A DNA stretch of 64,000 nucleotides from contig NC_089434.1 of NCBI RefSeq assembly GCF_026210795.1, forward strand, positions 1,054,001-1,118,000. The letters are read 5' to 3'. The notes beneath the pieces are model-generated. The model made no database searches, was not told the DNA's origin, and saw only the letters and a list, made by a program, of their open reading frames with translations. Positions 26,631 through 40,007 of the stretch are shown here, piece after piece (the stretch's first letter is position 1; each line of letters opens with the position of its first letter). A program made the position numbers and the translations under genes. The stretch is from Rhizophagus irregularis (Eukaryota).

Positions 26631-27220
26631 ACCATATGAATCATTTCAGTCAGATACGATGCATGTAGCAGATTATTTATTATCGTTTTGAAATTTTCCT
26701 GAACCGAAAAATGCAACTGAAGGTATATATTATTGTATTTCCTATTTTAAAAATTCAATATTACTCTATACTAATAGCGGCTTCTACTAATAAATTTCTT
26801 CTTTTTATTTGTACAATAACTAACAACAGGACAAGAAAGTAAAATCTCTACAGTATTTTGAAATTTATTTATGAAAAGTATATGGCTAATATAACTTTTA
26901 TAACTAATTATTTTTTTAAATAAAATTTTGTAGAATTTACAGTAAATTACAAGATTTTTGTATCCCTGAGGATCGCAAATATTTTTATTAAATTTGATTC
27001 GACAATAAAGACATTAATTGATGGATTTTGACTTTTAGTTGAAATATCAATAAATCAAATAACCAAGAAAACCGATATTAGCGATAAGAAACGATAATTT
27101 TGAAAGAAATATTAGTTTTTTATTGTACTTATGTTTTAAAATTTGTTAGACTAAGCATTTTATAATTATTAGATAATAAAAATCCAACCAAAATATTTAA
27201 CAATCTACAAATAAATTCAT
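26631..27220 (+). pseudogene. Orphan 3' fragment of a copy-4-like kinase gene
   Basis: accatatgaatcatttcagtcagatacgatg and FPEPKNATEG-coding sequence plus decayed micro-exons match 29081-29830. No kinase domain. Confidence 0.75.
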
Positions 27221-27764
27221 ATTTATTTATTTTCATTATTACGATTTTACGAGCTTCATCAATGTAGGTACTAGGTGGTTTCCTTTATCTTATTATTAAT
27301 AATATTTATTTATTTGCAAATACAGTAAATAATTGATATTAATGTTCGTTGGGCCATTTTAACACTTGGAACAAATAATGAAAAAACGTCATAGATGATT
27401 TAATCAAAAATCTCTGATAATTTTTTTATTGACTGTTGAATAAAAATAAACTAAATTATCACGGCAAATGGTTGTTATTGGTGATACAATTGTAAAATCA
27501 TTATTTTCACAGAAACTGAGCGCAGTAGACGGAGTGAATCCGATAAGTTTACTCCATCGGCCAAGTTTTGCGGAAAAAATGTCCGGAGACTCCGGACGAT
27601 CGACCAATAACAGCTTCTATTCCAACGCACGTGACAAGTCTTCGTTACACAGCTAGTTTAATAAATAGCGTATTCGGAGTTACTTCCGATTTTTTTTTCC
27701 TGTCCCTTTTCTTTTTCCAGTTAAACTTTTTCTTTTTTTGAAACTTTATTAAGAAAATTTCATC

Positions 27765-29849
27765 ATGACTACCATTAGAATAGAATCAATTAATGCTGCG
27801 ATTAATAGAGCAAATTCATTAATTGATTATAGAATTTATGATAATATACATAAACAATATAATTTTCAAAAACAAACAGTTCTTTCTGATAATTCACTTA
27901 CAGAAAATGAAAAAACTGAAGCATGTATAACTTTAAATAAAATTTATGATAGATCTAAAATTCTTCATAATGATGGAACAAGAAGAATTTGTGAAAATTG
28001 TAAAGAAGAATGTTTAGCTACATCATATTGTGAATTATGTGTTCGAAATTATTTAAAATCAAAATTTTTAAATTGGACATCCGGAAATAATGATATTGAT
28101 AATTTTATAAAAAAATGTCAAATTGAAACTATTAGACCAAGTAGTATAATTGAATGGATTCCATATGAAAAATTACAAAATATTGATTATTTAACAAAAG
28201 GTGGATTCTCAGAGATTTATACAGCAAAATGGATTGTTGGAAGTTATGATGAATGGGATTCTAAAGAATGTCGATTAAAAAGATTTGGAGGACAAAAAGT
28301 AATACTTAAAAAATTACATAATGTTGAAAATGCAAATCAAAGTTGGTTTGATGAGGTTTGTAATTTAAAATACTCAAAAAAAATTTAAGGTCAAAGCTGT
28401 ATTTTTAAAAAATTTTTTTTTTTTTTTTAATAGGCAAAATCACATTTTACTATTAGCAATAAATATAATAATGTTGTCAAATGTTTTGGTTTAACACAAG
28501 ATCCATTAAATAAAAATTATATGCTTGTAATGGATACAATGTATAGTGATTTAAGAAATTATTTACAAAAATATCATAATCAACTTACATGGAAGGAAAG
28601 ATTTTATATCGCCCGTAAGATAATTAGTGCACTTCGTAGAATTCATGACGAAAATGCAATTCATAGAGATTTGCATTCTGGAAATATATTATATTCTCCA
28701 AAAACTAACAATTGGTATATTAGTGATCTTGGATTTTGTGGACCCGCAAATAAACCGTTAGAAAGTATATATGGAAGTTTACCTTACTTAGCACCTGAGG
28801 TTATTTGTGGAAATAAAACCACAAAAGCATCTGATGTTTATAGTATCGCAATACTTATGTGGGAAATTTCATCCGGACAACCACCATTTATTAATTATGA
28901 AATTGATAATAATCTTGCAGAAAATATAGTTAACGGTATAAGACCAAAAATAATATCAGATACTCCTTTAGAATATATGAATTTAATGGTACAATGTTGG
29001 GATGCAGATCCATTGAAAAGACCTAGAATTAGAAATCTTCAGAAAAGATTAAGAGAGATTGACCTATCATATCAAGGCATACCATATGAATCATTTCAGT
29101 TAGATACGATGGGAGAAACAAGTAATACAAATACATATAGAAGATTATTTACGAGTAAAGTTTATCGGTTTGAGAATTTTCTTGAACCAAAAAATGCAAC
29201 TGAAGGTACTATTATATTTATTAACCTTTAAAAAATTCAATGTTACTATATAATAACAGCTTCTAATATATTCTTATTATTTGTATAATAATAACAGTAG
29301 AACAAGAAGGTAAAATCTCTACAGTATTTTGAAATTTATTTTTGAGAAATATGGCTAATTAATTATTTTTTTTAAAATAAAATTGTGTAGAATTTTACAG
29401 TAAATTACATGATTTTTGTATCCCTGATGATCGTAAGTATTTTCTAAAAAAATTTGTATCAAATTATCATGATGTTAATCGATTGATTTTGGCTTTTAGT
29501 TGACGATATCAATAAACCAAACAACCAGGAAAACGATACATTAATTGAAAGCAATAATTCTGAAGGTAATTCAATTTTATTGAACGAACTAGGAAACGGA
29601 AACCGTTATGGGTCCGGAGCGATAAAATTTGCACATCTATTTATCTTGTTTATTACGTATCACAAATTTTATTCTATTTTTATCTTTATATTTTTTTTGT
29701 TAATCGATGCAGCAATGTAGACTTCGCCACGTGATCCAATATGTGATTAACGTTCATAAACATTTATAGTTCTTCGCTTCGCTCCAGATAATTATTAGAT
29801 GATAAAAACAAAGATATTCAACAAACTACATATAATGCTAGAAAGTGGT
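27765..29849 (+). CDS. TKL-type protein kinase, copy 4 (more diverged; 3' end uncertain)
   Basis: Exon 1 from 27765; exon 2 from 28434 in frame (AKSHFTISNKYNNVVKCFGLTQDPLNKNYMLVM). HRDLHSGNIL, SDLG and APE intact; micro-exons follow. Final exon(s) not identified. Confidence 0.8.
29589..29788 (-). mobile_element. 200-bp non-autonomous Helitron-like element in an intron of kinase copy 4
   Basis: On the minus strand it begins TC, ends CTAG and sits between A and T without TSD. Hairpin aacgg-aaa-ccgtt at 29595-29607. Absent from the paralogous intron at ~27110-27170. Confidence 0.65.
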
Positions 29850-30371
29850 AAGTAAAATATTTATTAGCAAATAATTTTTTTAAAAAATTTATTTAGATTA
29901 TTCTTCCAATTATTTTTCCAATTGGTCAAATTTTATTTTTACAAATGAATTCTTATTATAGTAAAATCTTTTCACTAAACTATTTATAACTATTCATATT
30001 TATGGTAAAATTATTTAAACACTAAGACTAGAGTAGTAAAATATTTACAATTTCTTAGTTTGTAATTGAATAATTTTTATTTATTTTTCCATATTATATC
30101 TTAACACAATAAATTAACAATTTAAGCTTATCATTTAATCAAAGTTTAATATTATATATAGTAAAAATATGATATTTTGCAATTGTTATTTTGAGCTATA
30201 AACACGTTACAAAAATATTAGTAACAAACTATTTAAATTGATATTAAATTTTGCTAATTTTGCCGCTATAATTAGATGTATCTACTTTTAAAATTTTATG
30301 AAAATATCAACAATAATACTTAAAAAAATTAATAATGTTATCAATAATCAATAATTTGATCGTTACAGTAA

Positions 30372-30596
30372 GGCGACACAAAGTGGTAAAAATGGTTTTC
30401 ATAGTCCGGCCGGGTCAGTTTTGTTAAGTCTAAAAAAAAATTTTTTATATTATTACTATGCCGCGTGAGAATTTTTTAAAAATTGAAAAAAAATTTCGCA
30501 TATAAAATTTTTGAAAAAAAAAATTAAAAGCCGGGTTGCCGGGTTATTGATGAAATTTTTATATTATGAAAACCATAAAATCAAGTTTGTATGGCC
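30372..30596. mobile_element. 225-bp MITE with GGC..GCC termini and TAA TSD (Zator/Harbinger-like)
   Basis: Imperfect TIR ggcgacacaaagtggtaaaaatggttttcata versus ggccatacaaacttgattttatggttttcata (reverse complement of right end). TAA on both flanks. Confidence 0.65.
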
Positions 30597-32227
30597 TAAT
30601 TATTATTTCAATTTATTTTTGTGAAGTTGCAGTATCTAATAATTAAGGTTTTAATTTTTACTTGAAAATGTTGAAGTGACATAAAAGATTGATCGCCCTT
30701 TCATCTCAAAAATAAATTAACCAATTAAATTGTTAAATCGCCTAGTATGATTGTAGTCATTGCACATTAATAAAATATGTAATGACAAAATTGTTAGTAT
30801 TAGTAAAAGTAAAATTTTAAGGTTTCATTACAAATGATCTTTAACATAAGCGAGCGATATTGTGATTTCAAGTTTTCAACGTAAATTTTTACAATAAACT
30901 TATTTACTTTATGGCCACTTTAGATATAATAATTTAAGCTTCAAGATTACAAAAACTGCTTTAATTTTTTGTACCAATGTGACACAGATAATAAAGTGGT
31001 GTATTTTTTTGATGTTTAAAAATTCTTTTTGCTGCAAAGATCACAAACGAGAGTATGTATATAAGAATTTTTATCATGTTCCTGCCATGTAAGAGAAAAT
31101 TCAACTCATTATACTTGGCACCATTAAATTATAATGATTTGGTATCCATGACGTGTGTGTTTACTGTGTTATCAGCTGAAATTTATAAACAAATTAATAA
31201 AATAATGTTGAAATCGTACTGATTTTCAGAAAAACATTTGATATAGTTAATCATTACTAGACACAAATCACATCTGAAATCGGCAAAGATAGGCTTGCAC
31301 TTGTATTACTCAATCGCACATTGTCTTGTACTAAATTATCAATGTTTATTACGAAAATAACTCAAGAAGTAGCCAAGTTTAAAATATTATATTGAAATAA
31401 ATTAATTATCAAACGGACAACAAGTTAAAGTTCCTTGTTATAATTATGGAGTTGATTACTCACCAACTAAAGTAAAAATTTCTAATTAAGCTCTAACAAG
31501 TTATTACTTTAATATTATTCCTCACGTAATGCTCGTATTTCTAATTTACTTAATTTATTAAAAACTCTAATCTAAATTAATTTACGATAAATTACTTATG
31601 TTTAAAGAAGAAAATATAACTCACATAAATAAAATACAGAAATATCATAATTTGATTATTGTATTTCATTTATCTAACAAAAATTGATCATAAGTTCAAT
31701 AAATCAACGGTAACTACTACGGATCATTAATTTTTAAGTTATGGTTAACTGTTAATTTTACAATTCGTATTTTAATAAGTTGAATAATTAATCTTTTACC
31801 AAGAACATTTATTCAAAGTAGCATTCATAAAAAAATAAATTTCATAAGCAAGGATTATAATAAATTATGAAATCGACTAAACTTTTTTTGAATCCTAGAC
31901 TCTAAATAATAGTTAATTTGTATTTCTTTAGTTAAAATTGTGATGAATTAGAAAATAAATAATTTATACTTAATTTGTAGCATTATTTCGTAAAAGGATA
32001 TAAAATGGAACGGGAAAGCCTGAGATTTTGATAAATATATCAGTTACAATTATGCTTGCGTATAGTACTGTATACAGGTTACAGGTATTATCAGAGTATC
32101 TTTTACTAACTAATACTGTAAATTTCAGACATTTGAAAATTATTTGGTAATTTTGGCCAGAAGTCAATTAACGACTAGCTTTTTTGTTCATCCAATATTC
32201 ACCCGACATAATATAACGATATAAGGC

Positions 32228-32649
32228 TAGAGCTGCGACCCGTTACCCGGTTACCCGGATACAATTCGGGTATTTATGACATGGAATAGCGAATTAGTAA
32301 AATGGGCAATGCCCGTTTTGTATCCGTTTTACATCTCGAGTATTGCCCAGGTAATTACTCCAACCGAAAATTAAATTTTGCCAGAGTTAAGTTGTTAACT
32401 CTGGCCAGAATTTTAATGCCGGCCGGAATTAAGGGTTATATGGATTTTGCTTGGCCGAATGAAATTTTTTTTTAAATCTGGCGGCCAAAATTATAGTATT
32501 CGGCTTGCTTAAGTGGTATGTTGACGGTCAGTACCGGAAAGTTTTTTAAATTCAATAAATATCTTGATTTAGTCAAAAGTATAAACGGGTAATACCCGTT
32601 ACTGGAGTCGGGTAATACTGTACCGAAATTCTGACGGGTCGCAGCTCTA
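32228..32649. mobile_element. hAT-like MITE, 422 bp
   Basis: Perfect 16-bp TIR tagagctgcgacccgt / acgggtcgcagctcta; repeated subterminal acccg/cgggt motifs. TSD only approximate (tataaggc / ctataagc). Confidence 0.75.
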
Positions 32650-32999
32650 CTATAAGCTAGCTATAAGAGCTTGCAGGAATATTTAAAATCAGAATTTTGG
32701 TTATGATTACATTTTGTACATTAATTATCCAAAATCTGAACTTTAAATTGGAGGAAAAAAGGATAATCGAAGCGTTCATCTATATTTTTTTTTAGAAATT
32801 CAACTAACCATTTTGGCAAATGGTAAATAAACTAAACTTATAAAAGAAACAAGTTTACATGTCAGCGATTTATAAACAGGTTCTGGTGAGAGTGACTGGA
32901 TCACTTGAAGATTTATTTTAATATTGCGTGTAAAAAATATTATAGTATAATAAAATGACTTCATATATATTTTTTTAATTATCAGAGTATATACTGAAT

Positions 33000-33290
33000 A
33001 CGAATGAGGAATTGGGAATTCAATGTAGTTTAAAAGCTATACATGAATTATTTTTGAATAATCCAGTTAATATTGATTGAATAAAATTCGCTCTTCAAAA
33101 TCATTAATTATGGCAAAGTGAACGAAATTCTGCAATAAATTTTGATATATCATTTTTTTTTTTTCAATTTAATAATGAAGTAACATTCTCTAATTATAAT
33201 GGGAACGAAAGAATATCATTATCTTTTAAGAATTGAATTTGCTTTATCCATTCATCTGGATGAATATTTCCATCATATTTTGGATTTCAT
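33000..33290 (-). pseudogene. Decayed fragment starting PKYDGNIHPDEWIKQIQF (gag-like N-terminus)
   Basis: Manual translation of the minus strand at 33230-33287, with stops downstream. Family resemblance is from memory only. Confidence 0.3.
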
Positions 33291-34400
33291 TTTTCTTTAA
33301 GAAACAAGTTACAAGACAACCAAATGGCGTGATGGTGGTTTATAAAATAAAATATCTTTACATATAAAATCAAATCAATGATAATTTAAATCAAACATAC
33401 CAATATCAAATATTGAACTATTCAATATAGAAACACGATTTACACTCGTAAAAATCCAAATTAATATTACTCTATTAATAACATTTAATAAATTATACTT
33501 TCGGGTATATAATTTTTAGACTTTATTTTTAATTTATTAAACTTGTCCCAAATTACATGAATAGACAGTTGGGGTATCAATAAAGAAGTTAGTTTTATCA
33601 AGATATGAGTTTGTAAAAAAAAACAATTTAAATTAAAATATCAATATCTAGCTAGAAAAAATTATTTATAATAAATAAAGAAAATTGGTAATAAATTAAA
33701 ATATTGTTACGATCGAAAAAAAGTTTTTTTTTTTACCATCTTATTCTTCAGAATGAAGAAATTTTTACTTAACCATTAAAAATTATATTTGATCCTTTTA
33801 CATTGTCATTCTTTAATAATCATTTTTAGTATCTAATCACATTATAATAAATAAATTATATTACTGTATATTTTAAAAACTTGTAAAACGATATTTGTTT
33901 TTTACATTTTTATTTTTTTTTATTTCTACACGTCCACACGACACAGCAAAAAGAAATCCGTGATCTACGTATTCTGGATGAAAAACGTTTGCGTACAAAT
34001 AATTTCCGTGTCAATGGAACTTGATATGTTTAATAAAAACTCTGAACATGCTGAAGGTATTGCTTCATAATGTGCGTGCGTGATATGTTATTGTCCCCGT
34101 TATTCAAAGAAACATATCACATGATCAATAACACATGAAAATCTGTAAATCTTTTGTAAACGAAATTTTTTCCAAATTAAAAATACAAGGAATAGCATGA
34201 AAGAATGATAATAGATAAAAAACAGCTGGTGGGAACTGATACCGTTAAAGTTCGACATTATTATTTTATTATTTAGTTATTATATGTTAATGATGTTATA
34301 CATTTTTAATTTTATATACTATTTAATTAAAATATTATAAAAAGTATATATATATATATATTATTAATATAATTCTACGCACGCAGACATTAAATAACTA

Positions 34401-35618
34401 TCATACTTTATTTATGTATACATTTTCGGGCGTCTTAACGGCATGTTCGTAATAATCTGTTTCGACATAGTATTTTGTAAGGAGGTTTTTGAATTCAGCT
34501 TGATTGCTTAGATTACTCGTTTTGGTGTCAATATCAACCTCCTTTTCCTCTTTTTCCCAGGTGCTTAATTCTACATTGCTATCACCTTTCATTTTTCCTA
34601 ATTCCTTAAGAAGTTTTGTCCTATCTTGTTTTATGAATACAAACCGTGCCACAAACCCGAATGGGTCCATCTTGCTACTACCAAAGAGAAAGCCGAAAAT
34701 TCCCCAGATGCCAAGGTAACCACCGACGTTACTAAAAAGGTCGGCTAGCGTGAGGGATGGATCTTCAACCTGATTTATGACCATTCTTGGTTCGATTATG
34801 GTAACTCTTATACTTGTTTCATCGACATTAAAAGGTCCTTCAATGACAGAGATCTGAAAGCTTCTATCCACGGTATCGTTTAAAGCTGTATGACGGGTCT
34901 CTGTATATTGGATAACCCCACCATTTCCATCTAACACTTGAACCCCTACATCACTAAGCAAGCTTCCTTGAGGAATGCGAAGAGTCCAATCCATATTCGT
35001 ATTGTTATCGCCAATGAAAACAATAATACCGGGAATATCACCTATAAAGTTTAGTACATAGTCTCCTCTACTGGCATTTATTGGCTTAAGAAAATTTGTA
35101 CCATTAAAAAATTGGCATGTCCCATATTCTCCTTTAATATCGGTTAAAACAATGGAATAAGATTCAGGATTATCAGAATTATCATTAAAAATAGGATAAT
35201 ATTCGCCAGAAATATATTTAAGACTAAAAGTTTTATTTCCACCATTGCAAAAAAGCATAGATGGAGCCATATCGTTCTTTATTAACGTCACAGATATCTT
35301 GGGGGAATCATGTATCATTTTGGAAATATTGAAATATAATACTCCTACTAATCCGGCAGTTAGTAACAAGAAAATGATCACTTTAAGTATTCTTGTAGGG
35401 ACACTTCGAGTGTTGTCAACCATGCCATCATTGAAATCATTGATAATTTGCTGGCGGAGGCGGGGTAATTGAATGATTCGTATAATGAATACAATAATTA
35501 TAATAAATGCAAAAATTATGGCAACCGCTAAGGCAAACAATCCGGCTCCGCCATTTAGGGTCTCACGCCAACTATGATCAAAGGGATTAAAGGGAACTGA
35601 ATCGAGAGAGTCTCCCAT
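34401..35618 (-). CDS. Intronless 405-aa membrane protein with DEG/ENaC-like topology and TM2 motif
   Basis: Hydrophobic helices at ~aa 25-50 and ~77-97, a ~190-aa N-x-S/T-rich loop with 2 Cys, then LADLFSNVGGYLGIWGIFGFLFG followed by PFGFV. Confidence 0.8.
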   Translation of the reverse strand: MGDSLDSVPFNPFDHSWRETLNGGAGLFALAVAIIFAFIIIIVFIIRIIQLPRLRQQIINDFNDGMVDNTRSVPTRILKVIIFLLLTAGLVGVLYFNISKMIHDSPKISVTLIKNDMAPSMLFCNGGNKTFSLKYISGEYYPIFNDNSDNPESYSIVLTDIKGEYGTCQFFNGTNFLKPINASRGDYVLNFIGDIPGIIVFIGDNNTNMDWTLRIPQGSLLSDVGVQVLDGNGGVIQYTETRHTALNDTVDRSFQISVIEGPFNVDETSIRVTIIEPRMVINQVEDPSLTLADLFSNVGGYLGIWGIFGFLFGSSKMDPFGFVARFVFIKQDRTKLLKELGKMKGDSNVELSTWEKEEKEVDIDTKTSNLSNQAEFKNLLTKYYVETDYYEHAVKTPENVYINKV

Positions 35619-37063
35619 ATTGAAAACTTTAGGTTTTTGCTAATAAATTTATGACTTTAGTGGATTATTTTTTTCGCACCAAAATAAAAAAATAGAAAAA
35701 AAATAGAAAAAATATTTTTAATATTCTCAACAAATTTATATTTTCTTTAACAATAAGGTGCCATCATTTTGTTAATAATATCTAAGTTGATTCGATTTGT
35801 TTATGTTACTTTACTAATTTATTCCGATTATAAATTCCAAATAAAGCGATTTATATCGAAATATATAAAGTACTTGTTTGATACATGTGGAGTAACATTG
35901 TGACAAATCCATGATGATCGTTTCCTAAATGTATTAACAGGATAATTGTCAAAAAAGTAGGAATCGATCTCAGATCTTACATTTAATCTAATTTGAAGTT
36001 TTATTTTGGCAAAAAACCTTTCACAAATGCGAATCTTTACTTTTATTAACTTAATTTTTTCCACTTTTCTTTTAGTGTTAATTGCAGGTTTGAAAAATCC
36101 ATCGAGTTTGACGCCACCATGCAATGTCGATCATTTTTTTAATTAAGTCTTACTGTAACAAATACGCGAAAAAAGAAAGAATCACAGATGATCATACTCC
36201 TGTACACAAGATTAAGGTTTGTATAACGATATGAGCGGAGTTGAGTTCCCGAAGATACTCTTTACTCTTCAATCAGACAGCCATTATAAATCTTGTGTCA
36301 CACGAACGAACGAGTTAGATCAGCAGGATGTGCAAAATTCTTAGATTGCTCTTCTTAAAAACGACCAAAAAAAAGAAATTCTAGTTATAGATTAAAAGGA
36401 GAGCTTACAAATTCCTTCTAATCGCTGCAGAATAATATAAATTCTATTCCATTGTTTAGACTTCAACGCGAGATCAATTATGCAATCGAGGCATTCTTCT
36501 TTAATAGCATCTTATTTTCATCACGGGGTAAGCAGCATAAAGTTTCCTTAGATATTCTCCCAGGATATCAAATCCATACGAACCAACAGGGTGAGACTGC
36601 ATTAAAAATGCAGTAACTGAAGTTGCCGTAAACCATTGAATTTACTATTTCTTCCAGTGAATAAAATCATGCACATGATGCGCAGTAAAATATGCGCATG
36701 AAATTTTTAAAAAAATCTATGTGCAAATTCTTTTTGTAAGTATGAAATATAATAAATCCAAAACAAGCGTATAAGGACATATCTGATAAAGTTCGAAGTA
36801 AATTAGATGATGTTAGAACTTCCAAGGTACCAAGGTACTATATGCTTGATAGTATAATTCAATTGTTATAAATTTAAGATTGTTGTGAGTTTTATTTTTT
36901 ATCAGTTTGGATTTTAATCCATATCTTAAATAAAATTATTTGATATAATATTCAATAATTTATGGTTATAATGTCATTTATTTGAATAATTATTTTGAAT
37001 CAATTAATGTGCAATATTAAAGAGCTCACCGGCGGGATATTCACCGGTTATAGTGCAATATTA

Positions 37064-37256
37064 CAGCTGTTTTCATAAGATCTGGGACAAACTAAATTTT
37101 TGAACCCGATCCGCCGATCCGCCGATCCGGTATTTTAGCTGGGCACGTGATCCTGATTTGATAGTTTGATTTGTAAAATAAATAACTGAACCGGATCGGT
37201 GGGTCGGCGGTCGGGTTCAAAAATTTATTTTGTCCCAGGTCTTATGAAAACAGTTG
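37064..37256. mobile_element. Tc1/mariner-type MITE, 193 bp, TA TSD
   Basis: ~55-bp TIRs cagctgttttcataagatctgggacaaactaaatttttgaacccga / tcgggttcaaaaatttattttgtcccaggtcttatgaaaacagttg, flanked by TA. Confidence 0.88.
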
Positions 37257-37872
37257 TAAAATAAATCCATGAAATAATTGCCTAGGCGCAGACATCAAGT
37301 CATCGACATTGATCGTGATCTTGATCAACCTCGATCTCGACATCTAGTTCACGATCTTGTAGAAGGAAAAATTATAAATTATAGAATAGAATAATAAATT
37401 GATCGAGATGATGACGTTAAAATAACTTATTTATTGTACGAATTTTATTCTTGTATAAAAAATTTTTTTTTATTCTTGATATATTTTGCCAGATTTTTTT
37501 TCCTTAATTAAATTCTCTTATGGTTTACTTATCTTCTTAAATACTCTCATTCAAAGTCTTTAGAAGAAAATTTAAAGAAATACCTGCTGTAAAATACCGG
37601 AAAGTAATTTTTTTATATTTTTAAAATCATCGTTCAAATAACTTGAAGGATTCAGGTTTCTGAGCAATACCCATTAAGCATATGTTCCTAAACTTGGACT
37701 TCGAAAGATATTTTTAAAATATACAGTATGCAAAATCAAGTGAATTAAAAAAACTTTTCTGGCTCTTGGAACCATCTTTATATGTGCAAAGAATATATTA
37801 CGCACTACACAGACAATTAGCGCTTCTATTTAATGTGTTGTTATATTAAACGCGGAAAATTGTACTGTATAA

Positions 37873-37905
37873 CTAGAATATGCGTTTTGCGGGGACTTCG
37901 TCCCC
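37873..37905 (-). mobile_element. Helitron-like 3' terminus (5' end not located)
   Basis: Minus strand reads ggggac-gaa-gtcccc hairpin, a 14-nt spacer, CTAG, then T. Confidence 0.55.
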
Positions 37906-40007
37906 CATTGTTTAATTTTCTGTATTTAAATATTGAAATCAAATCTAAGAGTTGCATTTTACTGGCATTTACAAAAATACTCTAACTGAAAATATTTATA
38001 AACCAAAATTTTTAAATTTCTTTTTCAAATTTTACAATTATTATAATTATTATTTAATGACAACTAACATTATTTATAATATTTTATTAAAAGCATTTCC
38101 AAATAAAAAAAAATCAAATTAATTTATTGTACTATATGTTTAATTAAATATGCTAATTTTTTTAATTAATAAAGAAACGTTTCGCAACGTTTTTTTATTA
38201 AAACAGTTAAAAAACGTTGCGAACCGTTTTTTTAACATGTAATTTAACAATAAAAAATGTTTCGTAAACGTTCATTTTTAATTATTTTAATAAAAGCGTA
38301 TACCCAAATATAAATAATTGAACATAACACTCCCGCTATTCTTTATTTTTCACCAAAATAATATACGACTCCTCCTTGATTTCTCCTTTGACAACAACAA
38401 CTCCTTTGGCAGCAAAGAGAATATTAAGTTAACTGTGGATTATGGCAAAATCTTTTGTGAATAATAGATGGTAACAATAAATTGGTAAATAATAAATTGG
38501 TACAATAAATCGGTAAAATGGTAAACAAAATGGATAATAACCTCAACCCTGCTGACGAGCTTAAACAATTCCTGTTTCTTCCAATACTCCTAATAAAAAA
38601 AATATTAGAAAAACTGAACGCCCCTCTCCGCAAAACACGCAAGATGCATGTATGGCGAAAAATAGATTATGGACTCATCTTAGGAAGCACTTCTCCCAAC
38701 ATTTCCTCATTGAAATATCCATTTCAAGGTCAAAAGTCCACTCCCCGAATAGCTCATTGGGTATCGGAAAAAAAACACTTTTCGAAAAAATAAACAGTGT
38801 ATAGAGAACAATTATGTATTTATATTATATGAAATGTTCAAACTTTACTGCGTAATGATCTACTGTATAAAAAATACATTTATTCATTACCGGACTGATG
38901 GGATATTTATTTATTTCAATTAATTTGATTTAGAGATTTCTGATTTATTCATTAAGAAATACGTTGAAATACGAATTAAAATTGTGATATAATATAAATA
39001 TGAAATCCAAACCGTCCCAGATATTCTGTTTTATGTATTTCATGGTGATCATGATTTTGACCATGATTTTGACATATGATGACTCATTTCTTTATTACAA
39101 TTAAATCCATGATCAAGATGGGCAAAGTAATCATGTGTTATACATAATAGACTTGCGACTGATTGTTTTCGCGTTTTTCGCGTTTTCACGTGTATTAAGG
39201 GAAAATCTGAAATACAATAAGTTATGAGTCATCACGATTTAAATATTTAAGCTTATATAACAAAAAATATATATATATATTATTTCTCTTTTCTAGGTCT
39301 TTAGGCGGACTTGCGTTTTTCTTTCTTTCAAGTTTTGTCTTCTCTTTGTTTAGGTCTACTTTTTTTTTCGACTTTCTCTTATTCTAGGTTTTTTTTCGGA
39401 GTTCTCTTTTTTTTAAAATCTCTGCTTTTTTTAGTTCTTTTTTTTCAGGTTTCGTTTTTGCCTTTCAAGCTTCTCAGAACCCATATTTTTCTTAGGAGCG
39501 GTAAAATTTATACATGGGTGAGGCATCCCTTATTTGTTAACTTAGTCTTCTCTTTTTTTTAGGACTTTGCTTTTTTTCTAAGTCTTCTTTTTTTTATGTC
39601 TTCTCCTTTTTTAGGTCTTCTATTTTTTAGGTTTTTTTTCGGTCTTTTCTTTTTAGGGCTTTTTTTGGGTCTCTTTTTCGGGTTTTTTTCAAGTTTTTCA
39701 GAACTTGCATTTTTCTTAGGAGCAGGTATAGGCATGGGCGAGGCATCCTTTGTGGTAGGGTTAATTTATTTTGTTAAGTTTTTTCTCTTTTTTAGATATT
39801 CTCTCTCTCTTTTTTTGATTTTCTCTTTTTTTACTAGGTCTTCTCTTTTTTTTTGGTCTTCTTTTTTTTTAGGACTCCACTTTCTTTCTAGGTTTTCTCT
39901 TTTTTTTAAGTCTTTTTTTGGAAATGGTATAACAGATAAGTTCTATGCATAGACAGGTAAGTTTATTGGGTATTTATATTGGAGCAGCATGACGCTATGC
40001 ATGGGTG

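Noticed and set aside
35828..36660. Short ORF and moderately GC-rich sequence upstream of the membrane protein gene
   Set aside because: No recognisable domain or element boundaries.
39311..39952. Phe/Leu-rich 'membrane protein' ORFs
   Set aside because: Derived from T-rich degenerate repeats (tttttagg/tcttc).
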